From: Oscillospiraceae bacterium
GTDB taxonomy: Bacteria; Bacillota; Clostridia; Christensenellales; Aristaeellaceae
Length of the DNA: 64,000 nucleotides
NCBI GenBank assembly: GCA_031280145.1
Contig: JAITHB010000033.1
Location: forward strand, 24,817-88,816
Direction of reading: 5' to 3'
Part shown: piece after piece, positions 10,017 to 18,821 of the stretch
Layout: the number at the start of each line of letters is the position of its first letter
Numbering within the stretch: position 1 is the first letter of the stretch
Position numbers and translations under genes: made by a program
Notes under the pieces: model-generated
What the model was told of the DNA's origin: nothing
Database searches by the model: none
The model's input: the letters and a program-made list of their open reading frames with translations, nothing else

Positions 10017-10864
10017 AGTTCTGCTTTCTCCAGCGTAACGCGCCCCAAAACTCCCGCGCGGAACTCGTCCAGAACGACCGCCGCGGCGCGTTCGAGATTC
10101 AGCCGCCCGCCCGACAGAAGGAACCCGCGGCCGATCGCCGCAAGTTCGAGCAGCGACGGAGAATCCGCGTAGTGGCTCGGCAAATGATAGCGTTCCAGCA
10201 CGGCGGACGGAACGAGGTTCATCAAATCGCGCAGAAGATATTCCGCAAGCTCCTCCGTCTCAAGTATGCCGTCCTTAATCGTGCCGACATACGCCAGCCG
10301 CTTGCCCGCCGCCGTGTCCTCAATCTTTGGCATAAGCATACCCGGGGTATCCAGCAGTTCAAGATAGTCGGAAATCTTTATCCAACGCGTAGCGCGGGTG
10401 ACGCCGGGCCTGTCTTCCGCCTGCGCAATCATTTTGCCCGCAAGGCGGTTGATCAGCGTACTCTTGCCGACGTTGGGTATGCCCGTCACCATAACGCGCA
10501 CTGTCTTCGCCATGCCGCGCGATTTGTATCTTTCGACAATCGGTTTGGCTATTGTGTCGATAACGGCAAGAAGCGGGGAGACCTTGCCGTGCGCGCTGTC
10601 ATACGCAATGCATGGAGTGGTTTTATTATAGATTTTATTATAGAAGGAAACCCACCTGTCGGTCTCTTGCGCGTCCGCCAAGTCGGCTTTGTTGAGTATG
10701 AGCGCGGACGCTTTGTCTCGCGCGAGCTTTGCCAAATCGGGATTGCGCGACGACTTGGGCAGACGCGCGTCCGCCACCTCTATCACGGCGTCGACAAGGC
10801 GGATGCGCTCTGTGAGGATGCGCCGCGTCTTCGCCATGTGCCCGGGAAACCAGTTGACGCGCAT
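10013..10864 (-). CDS. rbgA: Ribosome biogenesis GTPase A (YlqF/RbgA), circularly permuted GTPase
   Basis: NWFPGHMAKTRR N-terminus, NKADL (G4) preceding GIPNVGKST (G1). Start is uncertain: ATG 10864 gives the canonical MRVNWFPGHM N-terminus, while the track ORF extends to 10912. No clear SD precedes any candidate start. Confidence 0.88.
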   Translation of the reverse strand: MRVNWFPGHMAKTRRILTERIRLVDAVIEVADARLPKSSRNPDLAKLARDKASALILNKADLADAQETDRWVSFYNKIYNKTTPCIAYDSAHGKVSPLLAVIDTIAKPIVERYKSRGMAKTVRVMVTGIPNVGKSTLINRLAGKMIAQAEDRPGVTRATRWIKISDYLELLDTPGMLMPKIEDTAAGKRLAYVGTIKDGILETEELAEYLLRDLMNLVPSAVLERYHLPSHYADSPSLLELAAIGRGFLLSGGRLNLERAAAVVLDEFRAGVLGRVTLEKAEL

Positions 10865-10865
10865 T

Positions 10866-11510
10866 TCAGTCTGCATCGGCGAATATTTCCGCGAGGCGGA
10901 TGCTTTTGTCATTCAGGAAAACTATCGATTGATCTCCGGTGAGAATGTTCAAATCATATTGCTCGTCTTTATTTACAACATATTGTAAGACTGCTTTGTC
11001 TTCAGGCAGGACAATCCAATACTCAGGAACGCCTGCATGATAATAATGATTCAGCTTATAAACCGTATCGTGCGAAGCGTTGTCGGCATCAACAATCTCA
11101 ACTATTATTGACGGAATGCCATCTATAGAGGGTTGTCCGTCCTCATCTATTATACTCTTATCGCTTATTACAACGATATCAGGCTCAAATACATGTAGTT
11201 TGTTTTTTCTGACTTCGGTTTTATTAAGCCGAACAGTTACATTCTGAATAAACTCAATGCCGGAACCTTTCAGATTCTTATCCAGCTGAACCAACAAATT
11301 TACCAGAATATGCTGATGTTCGCCTGATGCGCTCGATACAATTGTACCAAAGAGAACATTACCACTGCCATCGGCATCGAACAAAGACATATCCATATAG
11401 CCATGTAAAGGAACAATCTCGCCGTTTATAAGCTCAATGTGCCTGACATCTATTGCGAGAAACTCCTCGACAGTATACAGTTTCTTTCTTTTCTTAACAG
11501 CAGTATGCAT
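10866..11510 (-). CDS. Uma2-family (DUF820) putative endonuclease
   Basis: 214 aa from ATG 11510; the track ORF extends to 11591 into gltX. TVEEFLAIDVRHIELINGEIV...EPDIVVI...VEIV...D...K...Y...GVPEYWIV matches the Uma2 PD-(D/E)xK pattern. The gene is visibly more AT-rich than its flanks. Confidence 0.65.
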   Translation of the reverse strand: MHTAVKKRKKLYTVEEFLAIDVRHIELINGEIVPLHGYMDMSLFDADGSGNVLFGTIVSSASGEHQHILVNLLVQLDKNLKGSGIEFIQNVTVRLNKTEVRKNKLHVFEPDIVVISDKSIIDEDGQPSIDGIPSIIVEIVDADNASHDTVYKLNHYYHAGVPEYWIVLPEDKAVLQYVVNKDEQYDLNILTGDQSIVFLNDKSIRLAEIFADAD

Positions 11511-11520
11511 AATGATCCTT

Positions 11521-12963
11521 TCAGTCAGAAAGCCGCGCGATCGCCTTGTTCGCCCTCGCTGTCGTTTCTTCTTTGCCCAGCAGATACGCAATCTCCGTCG
11601 CTCCGCCGGGCGTATTCATAAGCCCCGACAGCGCGACGCGCAGCGGCCATAATACCGCTCCGTTCTTGCGCCCCGCGTTCGCTATTCCCATAAGAAGCGC
11701 GTCCTTTACGGCAGGCTCTGTCCAGTCGGACACGCCTTCAAGTATCGGCAGAGCGAACGCCAGCGCTTCTATGGAATTCTTCTCGTCGGTCTTCATCTTC
11801 TTATGCACGTATAACGCGGAATCATATTCAGGCAGCTCGCGCAAGAAGTCTATCGTCTGCGGAATCTGCGAAAGAACGTCGACGCGTCCGTGAAGCAGGC
11901 GCGCGAGGTATTCCGCGTCCTTGCCGGGTAAAGTCTCTTCGATGTATTTCCCGGCGCGGGCAAAGAAATCCTCGAAGGACAGACGACGCATATACTCGCC
12001 GTTCATCCACGTGAGCTTCGTCTTATCGAAGATGGAAGGCGACTTGGAAAGCCCCTCCAGCGTGAACGCTTCTACCAATTCAGGGAGAGTGAAGAACTCG
12101 CGCTCATCGCCCGGATTCCATCCTAACAGCGCGATATAGTTGACGACCGCGTCCGCGAGATAGCCCTCGTTCAGCAAATCTTCAAATGTCGGGTCGCCAT
12201 GGCGCTTGGAAAGCTTGCGCGTACTGTCCGCCATAACCAGCGGCAGATGAATGTATATCGGCTTCTCCCAGCCGAACGCCTTGTAAAGAAAATTGTATTT
12301 CGGCGTGCTCGACAGAAACTCAGTCCCGCGCAGTACATGCGTAATCTCCATCAGGTGGTCGTCCACGACGTTCGCGAAGTTGTACGTCGGCAGACCGTCC
12401 GCCTTCATCAGAATGATGTCGTCGAGCTGCCGACACTCCACCTCAATGTGTCCGTAGTGGATGTCGTCAAAAGCTATCGTTCCTTCGGTCGGCATGTCCA
12501 ATCGAATGACGTACGGTTCGCCCGCGTCAATCCTGCGCTTCGCCTCATTAAGCGGAACACTCTTGCAGCGCTTATCATATTTGAACGTCTGCCCGTCCCG
12601 CTCCGCTTTCCCGCGCTCCTCGTCGAGCCGCTCGTTAGTGCAGAAGCACGGATACGCCGCGCCGCTCTCGACCAGCTTCCACGCGTAAGGCGCGTATAAA
12701 CCGCGCCGCTGCGTCTGCACATAAGGACCGTAATCTCCGCCGACGTCGGGACCTTCGTCCCAATCAAGCCCCGCAAGCTTTAACGCGTATTTCAGGCGTT
12801 CCGTTGCGCCTTCAACTTCGCGCTCCCGGTCGGTGTCCTCGATGCGCAGAATGAACGTTCCGCCGTTCTTCTTCGCGAACATATACGCATATAAGGCAGT
12901 GCGCAGCCCGCCGAGGTGAAGAAAACCCGTGGGGGATGGAGCGAAGCGCGTCCTCACAGACAT
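11521..12963 (-). CDS. gltX: Glutamate--tRNA ligase
   Basis: 480 aa. HIGH-type motif PSPTGFLHLGG and KMSKS-type KLSKR. Confidence 0.95.
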   Translation of the reverse strand: MSVRTRFAPSPTGFLHLGGLRTALYAYMFAKKNGGTFILRIEDTDREREVEGATERLKYALKLAGLDWDEGPDVGGDYGPYVQTQRRGLYAPYAWKLVESGAAYPCFCTNERLDEERGKAERDGQTFKYDKRCKSVPLNEAKRRIDAGEPYVIRLDMPTEGTIAFDDIHYGHIEVECRQLDDIILMKADGLPTYNFANVVDDHLMEITHVLRGTEFLSSTPKYNFLYKAFGWEKPIYIHLPLVMADSTRKLSKRHGDPTFEDLLNEGYLADAVVNYIALLGWNPGDEREFFTLPELVEAFTLEGLSKSPSIFDKTKLTWMNGEYMRRLSFEDFFARAGKYIEETLPGKDAEYLARLLHGRVDVLSQIPQTIDFLRELPEYDSALYVHKKMKTDEKNSIEALAFALPILEGVSDWTEPAVKDALLMGIANAGRKNGAVLWPLRVALSGLMNTPGGATEIAYLLGKEETTARANKAIARLSD

Positions 12964-12964
12964 A

Positions 12965-14668
12965 TTAGTTTCCGCCTTTCCAACTGTCCTTTAGCGAAAC
13001 GGTTCTGTTATATACGGGATTATCCGCCGTGCCGTCGGGGTCCTTGGCAAAATATCCCTGCCGCATGAACTGGAACTTCGCGCCGACTTCGGCGTTCGCG
13101 ACGACGGGTTCCGCCAATGCGCCTTTGATTATCTTAATAGAATCGGTGTTGAGCCTGTCAATAAAATCAACCTTGAGCGGCTTCTCATCTTCTTCCGACT
13201 CGCTCTCAGCCTCCTGCGGTTCATCGTTCAAGAGCGGTTCATACAGACGAATTTCAATCTGCTTCGCGTCCGCTTCGCTTATCCAGTGAAGCGTTCCCTT
13301 CACCTTGCGCTCGCTGCCCGGTTCGCCTGACTTGCTTGTAAGATCAACCGAACAGATAAGCTCCGTCACGTTTCCGTCGGCGTCCTTTACGACTTCCTCG
13401 CACTTGATTATATACGCGCCCTTAAGACGCACCTCCCCGCCCGGCTTCAGTCGGAAGAATTTCTTAGGCGGGTCTTCCATGAAATCTTCTTGTTCAATAT
13501 AGATGGTCTTGCCGAACTTAATTTCGCGAGTTCCCCATTCGGGATGGCTTGGATGGTTCTCAAGCGTTATCGGCTCGGTTATGCCATCCTCCCAATTTGA
13601 GAACGTTATCTTGAGCGGGTTTAATACAACCATCGCTCGCGGCGCGGTGTCCTCCAGCGATTTGCGGACGCAAGCCTCCAGCAGCTCGAAGTCCACGACG
13701 GAATCCGCCTTGCTTATTCCCGCGCGCTCGACGAAGTCTATTATGCCTGCGGGGGTATATCCGCGGCGGCGCATCGCGGCGAGCGTGGGCATACGCGGGT
13801 CGTCCCAGCCGTACACATACCCTTCTTCTACCAATCGGCGCAGATAACGTTTGCTCATTATTGTGCGCGTGATGTTGAGCTTTGCGAACTCAATCTGGCG
13901 CGGCGGCTTAATGATAAACCCACACTTCTGCACGACCCAGTCATAAAGCGGGCGATGTATTTCAAACTCAAGCGAGCAGATTGAGTGTGTTATGCCTTCC
14001 ATCGCGTCGTTGAGCGGATGCGAGTAGTCGTACATCGGATAGATGCACCACTCGCTCCCCGTTCTATGGTGTTCCTTGAACAATATGCGATAGAGGATGG
14101 GGTCGCGCATAACGACGTTCGGGCTTGACATGTCTATCTTGGCGCGAAGGGTATAGCTTCCCTCGGGGTGCTTGCCTTCGCGCATCTCGCGGAATATGCG
14201 CAGACTTTCCTCCTTTGCGCGTTCGCGCCACGGACTGTTCAGTCCCGGCTTCTCCAACGTGCCGCGATACTCGCGCATCTGCTCCTGCGTAAGCTCGTCT
14301 ATATAAGCGTCGCCCTGCTCAATCAGTTTGACGGCGTAATTATAATCTTCCTCATAATATTCGGAGGCGAAGTGAAGCTCGTCCCACTCAAAGCCCATCC
14401 AGCGCATGTCGTTCTGGATTCCCTCGACGAATTCCGTCTTCTCCTTCGCGGGGTTGGTGTCGTCGTAGCGCAGGTTCACCTTCCCGCCGTACCTTCTGGC
14501 GGTGAAGAAATCGAGATACCACGCCTTGCAGTGCCCTATGTGCAGATACCCGTTGGGCTCAGGCGGGTAGCGCGTGACGACAGAGTCGTATCTGCCGCTT
14601 GCCAGGTCTTCGTCCACAAAGTTCCATATGAAGTTTGTCTTGCCGTTCGTCACGGTTTCGGTTGGCAT
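12965..14668 (-). CDS. glnS: Glutamine--tRNA ligase
   Basis: 567 aa with PEPNGYLHIGH and IMSKR motifs and a long C-terminal anticodon-binding beta-barrel region. There is 1 nt between its stop and the gltX start. Confidence 0.95.
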   Translation of the reverse strand: MPTETVTNGKTNFIWNFVDEDLASGRYDSVVTRYPPEPNGYLHIGHCKAWYLDFFTARRYGGKVNLRYDDTNPAKEKTEFVEGIQNDMRWMGFEWDELHFASEYYEEDYNYAVKLIEQGDAYIDELTQEQMREYRGTLEKPGLNSPWRERAKEESLRIFREMREGKHPEGSYTLRAKIDMSSPNVVMRDPILYRILFKEHHRTGSEWCIYPMYDYSHPLNDAMEGITHSICSLEFEIHRPLYDWVVQKCGFIIKPPRQIEFAKLNITRTIMSKRYLRRLVEEGYVYGWDDPRMPTLAAMRRRGYTPAGIIDFVERAGISKADSVVDFELLEACVRKSLEDTAPRAMVVLNPLKITFSNWEDGITEPITLENHPSHPEWGTREIKFGKTIYIEQEDFMEDPPKKFFRLKPGGEVRLKGAYIIKCEEVVKDADGNVTELICSVDLTSKSGEPGSERKVKGTLHWISEADAKQIEIRLYEPLLNDEPQEAESESEEDEKPLKVDFIDRLNTDSIKIIKGALAEPVVANAEVGAKFQFMRQGYFAKDPDGTADNPVYNRTVSLKDSWKGGN

Positions 14669-14708
14669 ATTGAATCCGCCTTTATTATTCTGTAATCCGA
14701 TTAGTTGG

Positions 14709-14738
14709 ATTATAATAGTAATTATTATTGCTTGTCAA
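14709..14738 (-). promoter_or_regulatory. Sigma-70-type promoter for glnS-gltX (TTGACA-18 nt-TATAAT)
   Basis: Reverse strand reads TTGACA (14738-14733), an 18-nt spacer, then TATAAT (14714-14709). The predicted leader to the ATG at 14668 is only about 35 nt. Confidence 0.6.
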
Positions 14739-14790
14739 TGCGAGGTTGATTCTATGTGCAACAATTATTCCGCAAGAAGCCGTAAATCGA

Positions 14791-14820
14791 TTGCATATTG
14801 GCTTTGTTCCGCGCTATAAT
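14791..14820 (+). promoter_or_regulatory. Sigma-70-type promoter (TTGCAT-18 nt-TATAAT) for the coiled-coil gene
   Basis: TTGCAT at 14791-14796 and TATAAT at 14815-14820, about 30 nt upstream of the ATG at 14850. Confidence 0.6.
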
Positions 14821-14849
14821 TAAGTACTGCTTTCGGAAGGAATATCTAT

Positions 14850-15293
14850 ATGAATAACGAAGAAAAAATCCTGTCTATCTTGGAGATAGTTGTAACAAAG
14901 CTCGATAATCTTGAAGCGCGAATGGATAGGCTCGAAGCGCGGCAAGATAGGTTTGAAGAAAAGCTTGATAAGCTTGAAGCGCGTCAAGACAGATTTGAGG
15001 AAAAGCTTGGTAAGTTTGAGGAAAAGCTTGGTAAGTTTGAAGAAAAGCTTGGTAAGTTTGAGGAAAATCAAGCGTTGTTCGGATCAAGACTCGATAAGCT
15101 CGAATCGGATCTTAAAACCGTGCGCAATACGGTTACGCGCATTGAGTTGGAGCACGGCAAGAAGCTTGACGCTCTGTTTGACGGCTACAAACAGCTTAAC
15201 GACAAAGTCAACCGCATAGAAGAAAAGGTATCTGTGCAAGACGATCTTATTCTAAGGCGCGTGTTCCCGCAAGCTCTCGCGGCGCAGCGCTGA
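14850..15293 (+). CDS. Small coiled-coil protein with heptad tandem repeats (unknown function)
   Basis: 147 aa with no hydrophobic segment. LDNLEARMDRLEARQDRFEEKLDKLEARQDRFEEKLGKFEEKLGKFEEKLGKFEEN followed by LDKLESDLKTVRNTV...LNDKVNRIEEKV. It has its own promoter and terminator and is AT-richer than its neighbours. Confidence 0.6.
   Translation: MNNEEKILSILEIVVTKLDNLEARMDRLEARQDRFEEKLDKLEARQDRFEEKLGKFEEKLGKFEEKLGKFEENQALFGSRLDKLESDLKTVRNTVTRIELEHGKKLDALFDGYKQLNDKVNRIEEKVSVQDDLILRRVFPQALAAQR
14994..15067 (+). repeat. 21-bp tandem repeat x3.5 (TTTGAGGAAAAGCTTGGTAAG) inside the coiled-coil CDS
   Basis: Units at 14994-15014, 15015-15035 and 15036-15056 (one A/G difference), plus a partial unit at 15057-15067. 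Each unit encodes the heptad FEEKLGK. A looser roughly 45-bp repeat (CTTGAAGCGCGNCAAGANAGNTTTGA) precedes it. Confidence 0.9.
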
Positions 15294-15345
15294 CTGTTTC
15301 AGTTCATTACACCGAAGATTAAAGCGTTTATCATAAGTTTGCATA

Positions 15346-15388
15346 CTGCCCGACGGTCTAAACGACTGTCGGACAGCTTTGTTTTGTT
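15346..15388 (+). terminator. Rho-independent terminator after the coiled-coil gene
   Basis: 13-bp stem CTGCCCGACGGTC / GACTGTCGGACAG (one G-U pair, one mismatch), loop TAAAC, then the U-rich CTTTGTTTTGTT. Confidence 0.65.
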
Positions 15389-15449
15389 GGATACCTTTTA
15401 ATATTCATCCGAACAGATTATAATAAGCAAAACCGCGCAAGAGGTAAGC

Positions 15450-17639
15450 ATGAAATATACAGATAAAAATATAGTCATCACAGACGGCAAGCCGACGCTC
15501 GGAAGCGGCGGCAAATCGGACAATCTGTTCCTGCGCGTCGCGAGAAATCACGCGCCCGGCGATAACGATTCTCTCCTCTCGATTAAGTTTGACGCAATGA
15601 TCTCGCACGACATAACGTATGTGTCGATATTGCAGACAGCGCGCGCCTGCGGACTTAAGCGGTTTCCGACGCCGTACGTTCTGACGAACTGCCACAACAG
15701 CTTGTGCGCGGTCGGCGGAACGATAAACGAGGACGACCACCGCTTCGGCTTGTCTGCCGCGAAGAAGTACGGCGGTGTGTTCGTTCCGCCGAACCTTGCG
15801 GTGATTCACCAGTACGCGAGGGAGCGTCTCGCCAAGCCCCGCATGATGATTCTGGGTTCGGACAGCCACACCCGCTTCGGCGCGTTTGGGTGCGTCGGAA
15901 TAGGCGAAGGCGGCGGCGAATTGGTGAAGCAGTTGCTGGAGAAGCCGTATGAGATCAGTAAACCCGAGGTTGTGCTTGTATGGCTGACAGGCAAACTGAA
16001 ACACGGCGTCGGCGCGATGGACGCCGCGCTCGCGCTGTGCGCGCTTGTCTATGATAAAGGTCTTGCGAAAAATAAGGTGTTGGAGTTCGCGGGACCCGGC
16101 GTTTCCGATATGACGATGGACGAGCGCGTCGCTCTCGACGTTATGACGACTGAGACTGCGTGTCTTTCTTCCATATGGACGACGGACGAAGCGACTTATG
16201 CCAAGCTTGCGGAATACGGACGCGCAGACGATTACGCGGAGCTTCTCATCGAAGACGGAATGTCGTACGACGCGATGATTGAGATTGACCTGTCTTCCAT
16301 CGAACCGATGATCGCGCTTCCATTCCATCCGAGCAGCGCCGTTCCGATTCGCGAATTTCTCGCGGACACGGAAAAGTTTGTCAAGCGGGTTGAGGACGCG
16401 GCGGCAAAGCTTATCGAAGGAACGCCTCCCTCGTTGCGCGGTCACATAAAGCCCGACGGCTTCTATGTTGATCAGGGAATCATCGCCGGCTGCGCGGGCG
16501 GTATTGCGCAAAACATAGAACAAGCGGCGCGGATTCTTCACGGCGCGGGAGAAGGAAAGAACGCTTGCGCGTTCTCCGGATTGCGGCTCGCAAGCTCGCC
16601 TGCCGGTATCGGCGACGGCGAGTTCTCGCTGTCGGTATATCCCGCAAGTATGCCGCTTCAGCTTCAGTTGACTGAGAGCGGCGCGCTGACGAGCCTCGCG
16701 GAAGCGGGCGCGACGATAAAGCCGTGCTTCTGCGGACCGTGCTTCGGCGCGGGAGATACTCCCGCGAACGGCGCGTTTTCGATACGCCACACCACGCGCA
16801 ACTTCCCAAGCCGCGAAGGCAGCAAGCCCGGCGACGGACAGCTTTCGTACGTTGCGCTGATGGACGTAAAGTCAATCGCCGCGACCGCTTTGAATCACGG
16901 AAGACTGACACCCGCGGACGCGCTTCCCGCAGAATCAGGCGAATTCGCTTCCCGAAACGGATCATGGAATCCCAAACCATACAGCCGCGTATACGATGGT
17001 TACGGCAAACCGAACGCGGACGAACCGCTGATCTACGGTCCGAACATCGCGGACTGGCCGCCCATGGCGGAACTGCCCGAGACGGCGGAACTGACCCTGG
17101 CGGCGGTTATCCACGATGAAGTGACCACGACCGACGAACTGATTCCGTCAGGGGAAACAAGCTCGTACAGAAGCAATCCGATGAAGCTTGCGCGGTTCAC
17201 GCTCTCGCGCCGCGTTCCCGATTACGTAAAGATTGCGGACGAGGTACGGCGCAGCGGCGGCGCGACATGCGTCTACGCGAACCGTCCCGGCGACGGAAGC
17301 GCGCGCGAGCAAGCGGCGTCGTGTCAGCGCGTGCTTGGCACGACTGCAAACATCGCGCATGAATACGCAACGAAGCGCTACCGCAGCAACCTCATCAACT
17401 GGGGAATCGTTCCGTTCACGACAACGAAAGACGCTGCGTTTAAGCTGCAGCCTCGTGACAGAATAATAGTGCGCGGTTTGCGTTCGGGAATCATAGCCGG
17501 ACAGCGCGAATTCCAAGCGGAAACGGAATCCGCGGACGGAACGCGCGGAACGCTTGCGCTGAGCCTCGCGGGTTTGTCTGAAGCGGAGAAGGAACTGCTT
17601 CTCGCGGGTGGTTTGATAAACGCGATGAAGATAAAATGA
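15450..17639 (+). CDS. Aconitase-family hydratase (large plus swivel domains in one chain; probable aconitate hydratase)
   Basis: 729 aa with GSDSHT, Fe-S ligand region KPCFCGPCFGAGD, and a C-terminal swivel domain (ANRPGDGSAREQAA). Exact substrate cannot be told from sequence alone. Confidence 0.8.
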   Translation: MKYTDKNIVITDGKPTLGSGGKSDNLFLRVARNHAPGDNDSLLSIKFDAMISHDITYVSILQTARACGLKRFPTPYVLTNCHNSLCAVGGTINEDDHRFGLSAAKKYGGVFVPPNLAVIHQYARERLAKPRMMILGSDSHTRFGAFGCVGIGEGGGELVKQLLEKPYEISKPEVVLVWLTGKLKHGVGAMDAALALCALVYDKGLAKNKVLEFAGPGVSDMTMDERVALDVMTTETACLSSIWTTDEATYAKLAEYGRADDYAELLIEDGMSYDAMIEIDLSSIEPMIALPFHPSSAVPIREFLADTEKFVKRVEDAAAKLIEGTPPSLRGHIKPDGFYVDQGIIAGCAGGIAQNIEQAARILHGAGEGKNACAFSGLRLASSPAGIGDGEFSLSVYPASMPLQLQLTESGALTSLAEAGATIKPCFCGPCFGAGDTPANGAFSIRHTTRNFPSREGSKPGDGQLSYVALMDVKSIAATALNHGRLTPADALPAESGEFASRNGSWNPKPYSRVYDGYGKPNADEPLIYGPNIADWPPMAELPETAELTLAAVIHDEVTTTDELIPSGETSSYRSNPMKLARFTLSRRVPDYVKIADEVRRSGGATCVYANRPGDGSAREQAASCQRVLGTTANIAHEYATKRYRSNLINWGIVPFTTTKDAAFKLQPRDRIIVRGLRSGIIAGQREFQAETESADGTRGTLALSLAGLSEAEKELLLAGGLINAMKIK

Positions 17640-17729
17640 TAATCGTCGGCGTTTTTACGGGTATATTGCAGACGTGATTATTGTAGGCGTTTTTATGGGT
17701 ATATTGTAGACGTGATTATTGTAGGCGTT
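17636..17729 (+). repeat. 38-bp tandem duplication (2 full copies plus the genuine gene start) of the tmcAL initiation region
   Basis: Copy 1, 17636-17673: ATGATAATCGTCGGCGTTTTTACGGGTATATTGCAGAC. Copy 2, 17674-17711: GTGATTATTGTAGGCGTTTTTATGGGTATATTGTAGAC. Copy 3, from 17712: GTGATTATTGTAGGCGTT, continuing into the real ORF. Confidence 0.9.
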
Positions 17730-18815
17730 ATCTGCGAATACAATCCGTTCCACAACGGACACAGGCATCATCTTGATATGATTCGCCGCGAGCTTGGAGA
17801 ATGCGTGATAATCTGCTGTATGTCAGGTAGCTTCACTCAGCGCGGCGAGATTGCGTGTCTTCCGCCAACGGAACGCACACGCGCCGCGCTGCTTCACGGC
17901 GCGGACGTCGTGTTTGAGCTGCCCGTTCTGCATACAGTAAGAAGCGCGGAATACTACGCTCGCGGCGGCGTCGGTCTGCTTGATTCGCTCGGTATCTGCG
18001 ATTATCTTTCGTTCGGCTGCGAAGATGTTCGTCTTCTTGAGGAGTGTTACGGTCGCGGAACAGAGATGAATCTCAAGCGGAGTTTGGCGGAAGGCAGTTC
18101 ATACGCGAAGGCGTACGGTCTGCCGAACTTGCCGAATCTGATTCTCGGCGTTGAATATCTGCGCGCGCTGGACAATCTGAACAGCGGCATGAAGCCGCTG
18201 CCAATCGCGCGTATACAATCGGACAGGGTGAAATCCGCAAGCGAACTGCGCAATATGCTGCGCAGCGGCGATAAGGTAAGCGAGTTTGTCCCGACCGAAA
18301 TAGATACGTCCATGCTTCGCTTCACAGAAACTTTGGATACGCTTCTGCTCGGAATGCTGCGCGGCTCGTCGCCCGAAGAGGTTCGCGAAACATTGGACGT
18401 GTCGGAAGGGTTGGAGAACCTGATATACCGCCACGCGTTCCGCGCGTCGTCCCGCGGCGAGCTTATACATCTGGTGAAGAGCAAGCGCTATACTTATACG
18501 CGCATATCAAGAATTCTGACGCAGTTCACGCTCGGCATAACAAAGCGGTCGGTTGAAAACATTATAGTTTCGCAATACGCTCGGCTGCTTGGTTTTTGCG
18601 AAAGCGCGGGACCGATTCTGAAACACCTTCAGAAAAACTCAATCGTCCGCATTATTACAAAGCCCTCCGTAATGAAGAACAGCCCGCTGTTCCGCTTGGA
18701 CGCGAAAGCCGCAAGCATTGCGGCGCTCGCGTCGTCGGATAAGGCGCACAGCATTTTTGAGGAATCGCCGATAATACAGGGCAGAAGCAATGCCTCCGCC
18801 CTGAATCCGCCCTAA
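17712..18815 (+). CDS. tmcAL: tRNA(Met) cytidine acetate ligase (TmcAL / YlbM-UPF0348 nucleotidyltransferase family)
   Basis: 367 aa, GTG start. N-terminus IIVGVICEYNPFHNGHRHHL (HxGH-type nucleotidyltransferase motif) and the family-typical RYTYTRISRIL near the C-terminus. Confidence 0.8.
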   Translation: MIIVGVICEYNPFHNGHRHHLDMIRRELGECVIICCMSGSFTQRGEIACLPPTERTRAALLHGADVVFELPVLHTVRSAEYYARGGVGLLDSLGICDYLSFGCEDVRLLEECYGRGTEMNLKRSLAEGSSYAKAYGLPNLPNLILGVEYLRALDNLNSGMKPLPIARIQSDRVKSASELRNMLRSGDKVSEFVPTEIDTSMLRFTETLDTLLLGMLRGSSPEEVRETLDVSEGLENLIYRHAFRASSRGELIHLVKSKRYTYTRISRILTQFTLGITKRSVENIIVSQYARLLGFCESAGPILKHLQKNSIVRIITKPSVMKNSPLFRLDAKAASIAALASSDKAHSIFEESPIIQGRSNASALNPP

Positions 18816-18821
18816 TTAACA

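Noticed and set aside
10866-11510. Whether the AT-rich Uma2 gene marks a larger mobile element or a defence island
   Set aside because: There is no integrase, transposase, methyltransferase, toxin/antitoxin partner or flanking repeat within several kb. The flanks are intact housekeeping genes in one operon. I kept it only as a single-gene insertion finding.
14669-14850. Possible T-box riboswitch leader for glnS-gltX
   Set aside because: The consensus promoter at 14709-14738 leaves only about 35 nt of leader. I saw no T-box sequence (AANNNGGGTGGNACC-like) and no specifier/antiterminator architecture on the coding strand.
14994-15067. Could the 21-bp and 38-bp tandem repeats (here and at 17636-17729) be CRISPR arrays?
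   Set aside because: The repeats are directly adjacent with no unique spacers. There are only 2-3.5 copies, they lie within or at the start of coding sequence, and there are no cas genes in the window.
15405-16790. 461-aa ORF on the minus strand, opposite the aconitase-family gene
   Set aside because: It is entirely antisense to a gene with clear catalytic motifs. Its translation is Arg/Ala-rich low-complexity sequence with no recognisable domain and no SD, which is a typical GC-driven shadow ORF. The same reasoning applies to 23507-25141 and 22607-23341 (antisense to clpB), 7658-8962 and 6194-6763 (antisense to the giant GT), 3593-4636 (antisense to comM), 33493-34323 and 34399-34866 (antisense to the 5S gene), 32356-33033, 36680-37312, 48718-49737, 56860-57741 and similar track entries.
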